Shown here: in pieces, positions 1 to 11,290 of the stretch
Numbering within the stretch: the first letter of the stretch is position 1
Layout of the letters: each line of letters begins with the position of its first letter
NCBI GenBank assembly: GCA_000826855.1
Contig: JTLS01000067.1
Location: 1 to 35,300, forward strand
Origin: Basidioascus undulatus
Lineage: Eukaryota
Reading direction: 5' to 3'
Length of the DNA stretch: 35,300 nt
The notes under the pieces: model-generated
Database searches by the model: none
Told to the model about the DNA's origin: nothing
Seen by the model: the letters and a program-made list of their open reading frames with translations, nothing else
Program-made: the position numbers and the translations under genes

Positions 1-504
1 ATTCCGCCCCGTCCCGCGCGCGACTCCCGTCTTCATCCCGCATCCGAGCAATGATACCCCACCACCCCCATACACCCCTTTTCTCTTTATTTTGAAACCT
101 GTAGCATGTTTTCCCTGATCATCCCGTCCTGATGCCTCGCCTTTGTAACACCCGACCCCGCCCAACTACCCCGCTCGTGATATTGTGGGAATGGATCGCT
201 TTTTAGAACAATCTCTGCGCTGCATGAGGCGCTCTACACTTACAAGCGTTGACCGGCATCCCTTCGTGCGTCTGGCTTTCTACAACGCAGCCGTGCGGCG
301 TTCTGCTTTCACTGAGGCAGGCAGCCCTGCCCCTCCCTCGGCTCTTGAAATGATACCCAGAGCTAAGTACGTCTTCGGGCTTCTGCAGGAGGTACTTCCT
401 TCGTCGTTGCATGCCTTCACGCAACGCGGTTGGGTTTGGTTCGGGGTTTCGTGAGGGCGAGGCTTGCAATTGAAGGTGGCTGGTCTGTTGCGCGTTACGC
501 GTTG

Positions 505-547
505 CGCGTTTGCCGCGTTTGCCGCGTTTGCCGCGTTTGCCGCGTTT
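505..547. repeat. Tandem repeat, ~4.8 copies of CGCGTTTGC
   Basis: Units start at 505, 514, 523, 532 and 541 (partial). Degenerate CGCGTT copies lie just upstream (491-504). Confidence 0.95.
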
Positions 548-1562
548 ATCGCGCCACGGGCGCTATTGCGTTGGTATGGAACGGTAACACCGAGGCCTGA
601 CGAAAGTCTGACGAAGATCTCAGCGAGCGCAGCGGAACGTCCCTGCCAGCTGAAGACTTGCTCAAGCCCCTTCTGACCTCTCGATCTTCTCTCTTCCCTG
701 TCAGAGCTCTCGGGGCTTTCTGACTCTTTGTAAATATCCACAGTGTTATACATCTACGGCTGGCCGTGCACAAGCGGGGAGAAGCGAGCAGCGAGCCGAC
801 TACACTGACAGCAGGCTCGCGCGTACTGAGGTTCGCCCTCAGGCTGCCCAGGGGTTTGACAAGCTGACATATCCGGGAGTGGCACCCGTTAAATTTGTAC
901 AATCGCTCATCAAGTCGTTGTGGAAATGGATGGCAGAATGCTGTCGCGGTGCAAAGCTGCGAGCAATGCTTGGACATGACGCACCTGGCAAGGGCGCGAC
1001 CTGCCAAGCCCTGCTTGTTTTTCTTTCTATCGCCTTGATGTGCCTTGCGTCTGCCGTTTCTCTTCGGTCTTCATCTGGCAGATGTCGCATTGTTTGGTCA
1101 TTTCGCTGTCACCGCAGATCTTATGCCAAGCTTGAATATTCTTCTCCTTCAGACTGTTCCGATGACAAGGCCGAGCTCGGCAAATAACATGCTCAGGACA
1201 AGGTCCACCAGCGCACGCGGCACCGTTATGAAAGTCAGACATTTCGACAAGCCATCTCTACGGACACCTCGATCGGCTCCATGTTGACCGATCTTCTTGC
1301 TTGTCTAACCCGGCGTCATCTTGGCGCGCGCGTGGGTTTTTTTTTCTCTCTGCGCGGCATAAGAGACCATTATCGAACTCCCTCTCCCCCTGATCCTCCT
1401 CCTTCACATCGCGTCTGTGTCGCGTTTTTCTCTTCTCTTTGTGTTCTTTGCTTCTCTTCCATCACCGTGTCCTAGCGAGCGTGATCCCCCTTATTTAGAG
1501 CTCTTCGACGCAGGCTAGTCCTCTGGTAGTCGTCGACCCTGTCCACTTCTCCTTCTGAGCTG

Positions 1563-1647
1563 GTGAGTTCCGCTGCAACGACCTCCTCGCAAGAGAAGGC
1601 CGCGTGTGGCAATTGTATACACACAACTGATGCTCGTGATACTGCAG
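1563..1647 (+). other. Probable 5'-UTR intron of the GH5 gene
   Basis: GTGAGT donor at 1563, CTGAT branch-like site, TGCAG acceptor ending at 1647. It lies between a pyrimidine-rich leader and the ATG at 1713. Confidence 0.55.
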
Positions 1648-1712
1648 GTCTCTATCACACAAACACACTATCTTTTATCACCACACGCTCTGCGAGCACC
1701 GCATTGTCCATC

Positions 1713-4389
1713 ATGGTCCACATCACCCGCGCCCTCACCTCCGCTCTCTCGTCCGCGGGCTTCTTCCTTCCCTCTCCCGCGAGCCGATCCCAGGAGGCCT
1801 CCGCCCTGGCAGACCCCGGCCCCCCTACTCGTTCGCACCCCCGGAACTTCCTCACGTCCCGACAAAACTGCTGGGTGGAACCCTACAACGTCGACGTCCA
1901 GCGACCAACGTTCGAATTCGACCCTGACCTGGCGGAGATCTTCCGCTACCGCCAACAACAATCGGTCAACCTTGGCTCATGGTAAGACCCTTCATTCTTG
2001 AACGGAGTCGATGGCATGGTTTAAATGGTCGGCGGACTCAGGTTTGTGCAGGAGAAGTGGATGGTGCCTTCTGTCTTCCGCTGTGCGGCAGGCACGAAGG
2101 GCAGCGAGCTCGACATTGTGAGTCGCCGTACAGCCTTGGTTATGCTCTAAAGTCACTTAACTAGGGTGTCGGTAGGCTTCAGGATGGGGCGGCGTCGAGA
2201 ATGCACGGCAAATGCTCGAGCGTCACTGGGACACCTTTGTCACTGAGGACGACTTCGCATACCTCGCAAGCGTTGGTATGCCCCCTGGTGCTTTCGAGTG
2301 AAGAAATCGTCGCTGACTCAAGTCCACAGGTATTAACACCGTTCGCCGTACGCACCATTTTCCTGGCCCTCGGCACGGCTCTCGCAGCAGACCCAGCTCA
2401 CTTCTCTTTCGCAGTTCCCGTCGGCTACTGGACTCTCGGTAAGCTCCTTTCTGTAACGCTTGTAACGCCAGCTATTCATTAGCTAACCTTGACCGTCGCA
2501 GGCCCTCAATTTACCGCCGGCACCGACTTTGAGCCGGTCGGCCAGGTCTACCGCAACGCATGGCCGCGAGTCCTCCGCGCGATCCAGACTGCGGCGAAGT
2601 ACAACATAGGTGTTCTTGTCGACCTCCACGGCGCGCCTGGCTCTGCCAACGGGGAACACCACTCTGGGACCTCCGATGGGAACGTCGGTCTGTTCAGCGA
2701 CCCCTGGAAGTGCGTACCCGCCGCCCCTTGCCGATGATTTCTCCGTTGCTGATCTAGCATTGTTTTCTTCCGCAGCATTCGCAAGACTCGAGAGGCTCTC
2801 GTCTACATGGCCAAGGAGATCTCGGGGATTACCAACGTCGTCGGGCTACAGATCCTGAACGAGCCGCGCTACGGCACGCTGGGCCTCGAGGGCATCTACG
2901 ACGGCTGGATCAGTGCCATCCGGCAAGTTGACGGCTGCGCTGATCTTCCCATTTACCTTCACGAGTGAGCAAGAAATTCCTCTTTCTAGATTTTTGATTT
3001 CGTGCTAAGCCCTGGTGGTGTAGTGCTTTCGATCTCGAGCGGTTCAGCGCCTACATTTCCAAGCGCTCAGACTTCGTCGTCCAGGACTACCACTCTTGTG
3101 AGTAAACTGATATGTTTGAAATCAGCGGACGAACCGCCGCTGATCGTCATGACTCCCTCACAGACTTTGTCTACACCGATTCGGACGCGAACAAGCCTGC
3201 TTGGAGGCACGCGCAGGACGTCGCCGGTCCGTTGACTGCGCGCATGAAGGCTGCGTCCAACCAGGAGCGCCGGAACCTCATCGTCGGGTACGCCCTTCGG
3301 CAACACCCTTCCTCTAACGGCAGACTGATAGGCATGACCTCCCGGCGCGGCAGCGAGTGGTCTTGCGCTTTGACTCCCAACTCGCTCGCGCAGGAGCAGA
3401 ACCCGGACTGGTCTCGCACGGCTTTCTGCACCAACCAGGAGAAGCTCTACCGCGAGCAGGCAGCCGGCTGGCACTACTGGAGTAAGTGCCACATCGGATG
3501 TAGCTGTGTAAAAGTAACTAGAAACTCACTGCCAGCAATTGACAGGCTACAAGACGGAGAACTGCGACGCCGAGTGCGTCCCTTTCCTCTGATCTCGCCG
3601 TGCAACGTCGGTGACCTGACTGTCTGATGCCCCTTTGATTTCGCCTGTTCAGACGTGGCTGGTGTTTCCGCCGCGCGCTCGGTGACGGTCTTCCGTCCTC
3701 GTTCTCTTCCTTCGGACCAGGCCAACCGAGCGCAGTCGACCGCGGTCAGAGCGGGCTCATCCTCGGCATCAACCTCCCCGCGTTGGGCGACATCCTTGGG
3801 GACACGCTGGGCGGTCTCCTCGGCTGGCTCGGTCTGAACGCCTCCCCGAAGACGACCACCACTTCGTCCTCTGCCGTACCCATCACCACGTCCGCACCGG
3901 CGACAACGTCGACGCTCAGCGGGGAGTGGCCCGCCACGCGTATCGCGCCCGTCACCGGCACCCCGACTTCTTCCCCCTGCTACAGCAGCACTCGTCGGAG
4001 CAAGCGTTCTGCCACCGCTCCCTCCCCCTCTTTGCCGGCCCCGACCGCGCTCGCGATCAAGAAGGAGCGCCGTGGGGTCGACTCCATCGCTGCAACCCGC
4101 GCTCGCGGCTACTCGGACGGATTTGGCATCGCGCGCAAGTTTGCCGCCTTCAACTTGTCTAAGCGTACGTATATTTTGAGCTTTGAGCTCAACCCTCGTT
4201 TGCGCGATGGTTCAACAGCTGAAATATTCACATCCAGTCGGCTTCACCGGCCAGTACGTCGTCGACGCCGTTGCGCGCTTGACGCAGTCTGGCGACCTCC
4301 AGAGCGACAGGTCCCAGGAATACGTCACGTACTTCTGGCGCGGTCTGGCCGACGGCGAGACTCGTGCTCTGCAAACCATCGGTCGTTGA
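1713..4389 (+). CDS. Glycoside hydrolase family 5, glucan 1,3-beta-glucosidase/exo-beta-1,3-glucanase-like (multi-exon)
   Basis: The manually spliced product has YRQQQSVNLGSWFVQEKWM, LERHWDTFVTEDDF, GINTVRLPVGYW and LVDLHGAPGSANG. The acid/base motif ILNEP has its E at 2861 and the nucleophile motif IVGEWS has its E at 3355, followed by GWHYWSYK. A S/T-rich linker and a C-terminal GYSDGF..GFTGQY domain follow; stop at 4387-4389. All introns are GT-AG. Confidence 0.92.
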
Positions 4390-4625
4390 AGCCATCGCGA
4401 CCGTGCACGCAAGCCTCCCTCCCCCTTTCGCCTTGCGCAGCGCCATTCTTCGTTATTCCTGGTCTCGGTCAAGGACGTTACTTCTTCCCTTACTTTATTC
4501 ATGGACATGCATGCATTTATTGGAACATCTGATCATTGCCTCTGGAAAGCTGTCGCATGCTTTACTTACCTAGTATATCCTCTTCCAAGTGTGCCCAGAA
4601 TCACAGCGGTAGGCCAGGACAAGGT

Positions 4626-4667
4626 GCCTAACAAGTCGCGCTGCGGGCCTACTAAGTTGCGCTGCGG
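4626..4667. repeat. Imperfect 21-bp direct repeat x2
   Basis: GCCTAACAAGTCGCGCTGCGG / GCCTACTAAGTTGCGCTGCGG (18/21 identical), in the convergent intergenic region between GH5 and EF-Tu. Confidence 0.7.
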
Positions 4668-4967
4668 CAGTATACGAAATTTGGCATTAAATAGCGCTGG
4701 CGTCTTGTGGTTATCAATAAGTGAACGCAATTACCTTGCGTTCCCGTGGCGAGCCACGTTAGGCACACTGCCTTGCAATCTTGTCGCTCTCCCTCCGGCA
4801 CACATTATGCTGAAAGAGCGTAATGCAGAGCTGGGGTTGGGGCCTTGAATTGCCATCGGTACACAAATACAATGAAAGTAGAAACGAAAGAATGCGCCTG
4901 CCGAGTCCTAACATCGGTCGTCCTCTCCCCTCATCCACCAGTGCCGTCCCTCGTGGCCAGCGAACGT

Positions 4968-6590
4968 CTACTCGAAGATCTTGGTCACCAGACCAGTGCC
5001 GATCTATTCGAATAGCAGCTTATATCAGATTCGGGCTGATGCGAGGGGGTTCACAGAAGGCTACGTACCGTCCGGTTGCCCTCACGGAGAGTGAAGCGCG
5101 AGCCCTCCTCGAGCGCGATGTCGTGCACGAGCTCACCAACCATCTCGACGTTGTCACCTTGAGATCGGAAAGTGTATGTCAGTTTCTCACATCCAAACAT
5201 CTTCGATTCCAAAGTACAAAGACGACGAACCAGGCATGACGAGCTTCTCCTCCGCGCTCTCGGTGCCCTCGGGGAAAGTGAGCGCAACAGTGACGTCCGA
5301 CGTGCGGATGAAGAGCTGAGGGCGGTAGTTTTGCATGAAGGGGGTGTAGCGACCACCCTCCTCCTTGGTCAAGACTGTCGAGTTAAGACGGGATTTGTTA
5401 GGGAGTCATGCCCAGCGACGAACTCCCGGGGTGGGAGAAAGTGGGAGGGGAGGGAAGCGGGTGACGCACTGTAAAGCTGCGCCTGGAACTTCTTGATCGA
5501 CTTGACAGTGCCGGGGATGATGAGCACCTGGCCGCGCTTGACCTGCTCGCGCTTGACACCACGGAGCAGAGCACCCATGTTGTCACCAGCCTCGCCCTAT
5601 TTAACCCATCCTCGCAGTCAGTCGCACTTGTTCCCACTCGTGTCTGCCTAGGACAGGCTTGTTCGACGCACTCGGTCAAGCTCCTTGTGGAACATTTCTG
5701 GATAATCGAGGCTGTTCAGACAGCTATTCCAGCGAAAATGTGAGAGGGAAGATTAGAGGCTCACCGATGCCAGTCAGGGTAGTCTTGAACGAGTCGCCGA
5801 GACCGAGGATCTCGATTTCGGAGCCCTTAGTGATCGTGCCACGCTCGACACGTCCAGTGACGACGGTACCACGGCCAGAGATCGAGAAGACGTCTGCGCA
5901 AATGGCGCCGTCAGGTACAACTCAGCAACTCAGCCGCCGCCCCATAGCGCGAACTCACCCTCGACGGGCATGAGGAAAGGCTTGTCGAGGTCACGCTGGG
6001 GGACGTCGATCCACGAGTCGGTGGCCTCCATGAGCTTGTCGATCGACTCAGCGCCGATCTTGGGGTCGCGGCCCTCGAGCGCGGCGAGCGCGGAGCCCTG
6101 GACGATGGGCGAGTTCTCGCCGTCGAAGCCGTACGTGGAGAGGAGGTCGCGCATCTCCATCTCGACGAGCTCGAGCATCTCGGGATCGTCGATCTGGTCG
6201 ACCTTGTTGATGTAGACGACGAGCTTCTTGATGCCGACCTGCTTCGCGAGCAGCAGGTGCTCACGGGTCTGGGGCATCTGACCGTCCGTCGCGGAGACGA
6301 CGATGATCGCGCCGTCCATTTGCGCGGCACCAGTAATCATATTCTATTATGCGAAATCGCTCAGATACCAATTCATACATTCGTGACAGTATCAGACGGG
6401 ACTTACCTTGATGTAGTCAGCGTGACCCGGGCAGTCGACGTGGGCGTAGTGGCGGTTCCTGCAGTGCCGCCATTCAGTCAGGACGTTGTCCATCGATAGC
6501 TACCACGCTACCCGCCAAGATCCCCCCAGGAATACGCCTACTCACTCAGTCTCGTACTCGACGTGCGCAGTCGAGATCGTAATGCCACGG

Positions 6591-6623
<33 letters not shown>

Positions 6624-7319
6624 TAAGCGAGGAATTGCTGCAGTGCGGACGTCATGTCAGCAACCAAGCAGCCCAGCCCTGTATACGCTGCGAAGAAGAC
6701 GTACGCCCTTGCCGGACTTCTCCGCGAGGTACTTCGTGATGGCAGCGGTGAGGGTGGTCTTGCCGTGGTCAACGTGGCCTAGAGAGAGTAGTCTCTTCAT
6801 CTTCCCATTCACAGGTAATTATGCAGTCGCAGACAACACACCGATGGTGCCGATCTAGAGATCGCAGGGCCATGCAGCACGTAAGCTTCGCAGTGCTTCG
6901 CGAGAACTACCAGGCAAGGAGAAGACGCACGTTCAAGTGGGGCTTGCTACGCTCGTAGGTAGCGTACGAGCGGGCAGCCGCGGCAGCAGCAGCGCGGACT
7001 ATCCCCGTCCGTACCAGAGCCCAATCCGCAGCGTAAGCTCAGACTGCCCTGTACCTGCCTGCCTCGAAGAAGACGTACGGTGCGAGGGCGCAACCGCGAC
7101 GCGGCGGGCACCGGCGCGGAAGATAGAAGTGGCCGCCTGGCGGGCAACGACGTTGGCGCCGACGCGGGTGGCCATAGCTAGCGAGCGAGGATCGGAGAGG
7201 GAAGGGGGTCAGCGCCGGAGCAAAAGCCGAAGCGAGAAGACGCTCGACGGACAGCGCGAGGGGGCTGCGACAGCGACAGCGCGCTTGCTGACGAGCTTCG
7301 GGAGCTGGGTGCGCAGCAT
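4968..7319 (-). CDS. TUF1: Mitochondrial translation elongation factor Tu (multi-exon)
   Basis: Spliced product: R/A-rich presequence, then [73 protein letters not shown] and the end [11 protein letters not shown] (stop 4968-4970). Confidence 0.97.
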
Positions 7320-7887
7320 TTCGAATTTTCTGAGCAGAATATGAAAAGATAAGGAAGAGGAGCGAGACGGAAAGGAGGACGACGGCGGCAAGGAGGCAAG
7401 GGAGGACGAGGAAGGCAGGGGCACGATTCGCAGCGGCTTCCTCCGAATTCTGGATCTCAGGTTACGGTCGAGAGCCTCCCATAATGCCTTTCATCTGAAA
7501 CTCCTGTGATCCGGACATTTTGATTGGAGAAAAAGAGACTTGTCGTCAATAACTTCACTCAGTTTACAATAAAGAATTTAAACGTCGTACTGTGCTCTGT
7601 TGAGTCCTGCTACATTAGCATGCTGCAATGTGTACTCACTCAGTTTCAGGAACGACTGCCGCATAGTGCTCAGAGATTCGCGACTCGGGCAACACGGACT
7701 ACGGAGACCGTACTGTACCTGCAACGCAAAGCAGAAGCATTGCATGCAACTCGATCACTGTTCCATCGGTTTAAGGCAATTCATTTGTACACTGCAAAGT
7801 CCAGCCTAGGTGCAGCCCATTCCGGGGCCGCTTTTGCCGATGTATTTACTGAATCTTGTCCATTCCATTCATCTCCCATGCACATAT

Positions 7888-9642
7888 CTACAGCAGAGTC
7901 TCGCCTACAAAGCATGACCAGGTCAGTCTGGCCTTTACAGAGATAACAAGCAGACGACAGAGATAACAAGCAGACGTACCGAGTGCAGCCCGGATAAGTG
8001 AGCATCCAATCTCGACAGTCGCCTTGACCGCCACCTCATCCTCGAGCTTGGGGTTGACTTCCTACACTCCCGCGCGCGATGTGAGCGGACGGAAGAGGAG
8101 TGAACCGCAAAGCGAATGCGCGGACGCACCATCAGGTCGAGGGCGACGAGCAGACCCGTCTCGTGCACGGCCTCACAAATGTAGTGCTGTAGAGTGCGAC
8201 CAAGGAAGAGGTGTTCCGCGTCAGCTGCCTGCCCAGCCCAGTTTTCGGAAAGAACCAAGCGCAGGGAAGACGTACGCCCTCGCGGAAAGTCAGCCCGCCG
8301 CGGACGGGGGTGCCCGTCGAGGGAGCGACGGAGGGGTCCATCGCGTCGACGTCGAACCTAGTTGGGGTGAAAGTCAGAATGGGTGGTGAAGAGCAAGGCA
8401 CGGTGCTCGCTCACGAGAGGTGGATCGGGCGGTTCCGGTCAGGGTTGATAGCGTCCAACGCCTTCTCGACCACCTGTCCGGAAGCGAGCACGAGAGTAAG
8501 CATGCGCCTTCACCTTTTCTGTGGAGGAGATGGCAAGAAGCAACGTACCGCACCAATGCCCCACTTGTCCACCTCGTGCATGCTGAACGCGGCTATCCCA
8601 AGGTCCTTCAGGATCTTCTTCTCGCCCGCTGTCATGCCATGAAGCTTTCAGCGCCGTACCCGGAATACCGAGGGTGGACGCCCGGTCAAAAGCGGGACGC
8701 ACCGTCCACATCGCGCAAGCCGACGTATGCCAGGCGCTTGGCGTCAAGAACAGGCTGTTCCCGAATTTCGACAATTAGCACGTGTGAGGGAGGGGAAGCG
8801 GGTGAGGAGCAAATGAGGGACCAGACCTTGACCCAGCTAAATTCGGGGACGTCGCCTGCGATGCCAAGGAGGAACGAGACCTGATGGTGGACACGCAATG
8901 AGTACGAGGATGGCATAAATTAGATGTGCGCAGAACGTACAGGGCAGCCGTGCAGGTTGCCGCTGTCGGTCGTTTCGGGGGTGTTGATGTCGGCGTGAGC
9001 TGCAAGGTGGGATATGAGCAGATTTTCCCTGCGAAGGGGCATGATGGGATCGCTGACCATCAACCCAGAGAAGGCAGGCGTCGGGGTGGGCGGAGAAGGA
9101 GCCGGACACGGTACCGATCGCCTGTGTGGGATTGAGAGATAAAGGCATGTGAGCATGACGCTGTCCCCCACACATGCATGTCCCTTTCTCAAAGCATCCC
9201 ATCCTTCTCACGTAGCTTGCGCGCCTCGAAAGAAAGTTGAATACTCACCAGCGAGTGGTCCCCTCCAAGCGTAACAGGCAGCTTCCCCGCCCTCGCATGG
9301 CGCCCAACCTCCTCCGCGACCTGCTTCGTCGCGTTGCTCACGAAGCGCGGGTTCTTGAGCTTCCCGATGGGCTCGTCGTTCTCGACCTCCGCGAACTGCT
9401 GGTGGTCCTCAATCGCGACGACCTTGAGGCCGAGCTCCTCGAGCTGCTTAGGCAGCCCGGCCTCGATCAGCTGAATCGGGCCCGTCTCGACGCCCTTGCG
9501 GGGCTGACCGCCGTTGAAAGGGGCGGAGACGATCTGTTGTCCTCGGAATAGGGTCAAAGATGAGGCTTGGTGCAGATGTGAGGCTTGGACGGGGGCGTAC
9601 AGCAATCTCGGCGTGCGCAGGGAGTTTGGTGAACGGGACCAT
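7888..9642 (-). CDS. CAR1: Arginase (multi-exon)
   Basis: [44 protein letters not shown], Mn-binding [47 protein letters not shown] and the end LIRAALG|ETLL* (stop 7888-7890). Confidence 0.96.
7937..7976. repeat. Perfect 20-bp tandem duplication in the last arginase intron
   Basis: ACAGAGATAACAAGCAGACG x2. Confidence 0.95.
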
Positions 9643-9968
9643 GTCGATGCGTATAGTCTCAGATAAAGTAAGTTAGTAGTGTGAGCTCCAGTAAAGTAGA
9701 GGTGGGAGATAAGGCCGGCTGCGCGCAAGGATGAAAGGGGGAGGGAGAGGAGCTGAGCGAAGAGAGAAGGCGGCGGGTGAAGTCAACCTGTGCGGCCGCG
9801 ATGTTTCCACGTGATATTGATATCGACCTCGGCTGGACCTTGCAGCCGTCGGCTCACACGAGCAGCCGACCCACAAGATGCAGTGTAGACGATGCAGACT
9901 ACAGCAGCCACAAGCAGCGCTTTTTCACAAAGTTTGATGCTAAGTAGTCTGAACCAATATGAACCGTG

Positions 9969-9975
9969 TGAGTCA
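9969..9975. promoter_or_regulatory. Candidate Gcn4/CpcA (bZIP) site TGAGTCA upstream of arginase
   Basis: Exact TGASTCA match ~330 bp upstream of the arginase ATG. A GATAAG is also present at 9708-9713. Motif match only. Confidence 0.3.
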
Positions 9976-11290
9976 GTGAAAGCAAGCCGAAGAAAGAACT
10001 TGTCAGCGCCTGGCTTACTGATCTATCGATCCCGCCTGAGGCCTCTCAACGTCGACAAAGCATAGGGAAAGTCTTTCCACAGCAGGAATCTTGAGACTTT
10101 GCTAAAAGGGTTGATCAGAGCGCATTTATTAATACAGGGCGAGTAGAAGTGACCACAGGAGTGCTTGTCGTCAGAGTGCGCAGAACTGGGCAAACAAACG
10201 AATCGAAGGGTCGCTGCACAAACTCTTGCCTGCATTCGAATTTTTTCGTTAATCATACGAAGCAACATCAGTGGGTTGTTTGGTAGGAACGTTGACAAAG
10301 GTACCTACAGCAAGCCCAGGGTTCACGGCGGAAGTGAAGAAAGGACTGCTGAGTCTCATGGCATCTCCATCAACGCTGCCTCTTAAACGTTCCGCTTGTT
10401 CACCTTCACAACAGGAGCTGATACATAAAATGCTTCCATACTCTAATAAGCACCTGCAGAAAGCACACACTGTATGCGGCGCAAGGACAAGGCAACATTG
10501 GGTCATTTTTCTCGGCCGGGGCCGGGGAACCTCCCTCCGGACTGTGGTTTTGCTTTAGAGCAATCCAGGCTCTCTTGCCACAAAAAGGAGTTGTAAAAAG
10601 CCTGCATAATCAATTCCTATTCCCCTTTCGCCTTATCTCCTTTCCTTGTTCCGTCAATAGACATTCTTCAACTCCTCCTGAAATAGCGTCCAACATCCTC
10701 AATTTGTACTCCCTTCGTCTCTCTTCCACTCTTCCGGCCTTTATTCTGCTACGCAACAAGAAATATATGCTACATAAAAAACTATGGCCTTACGAACGCA
10801 AAGTGTGCGGCTTTCTGCGTGGCTGCGAAAATAAGGGTTTTTGTTTGCCGCATTTTAAGGGTTCATGTTCATGCAACGCGGCTTTGTAGCAGGTTTGAGG
10901 CGCACCGCGCCAGTCGCTCCGCTAGCTGCTGGGGTCCGCTCCTGAATTCTTGAAAGCACTCGCAGCGACGGTGACGGGAGCACATAAGTAGGTTATCTAC
11001 TATCTAAAGGGTCAGAACAGTGCAACAGAGAGCGTGGTGATTACAAAGGCATGAGCGGGTGAATTGGCAATGGAAGGAAGGTTCTGCCGTTCGACGATTC
11101 AGCGAGGACGAGGTCCCGAAGTATCCGTGGCACTGCAAAGCACACACACACACTTGAGCAGCGCAATTTCATTCTTTGTTTCAATACTCGCTCGAGCGGT
11201 CTATGCACACCGCTAGAGCGACATGCAATCACGGCGATGGCAGGAAGAAAGACGAGAGGCAGGGGGGAGAGGAGCAAGCGGGATAGATCA

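Noticed and set aside
505..547. CRISPR-like array
   Set aside because: Contiguous 9-bp units without spacers, in a eukaryotic context.
464..676. ORFs with AAF/AAN repeats
   Set aside because: They are translations of the 9-bp tandem repeat with no other coding evidence.
8514..8518. Apparent 5-nt microexon (AAAAG) in arginase
   Set aside because: A single intron using the GTACGT donor after GIGA joins in frame to VVEKAL, which is more parsimonious.
9643..9900. Arginine attenuator-type uORF upstream of arginase
   Set aside because: No AAP-like peptide is seen, and that element belongs to CPA1/arg-2 rather than arginase.
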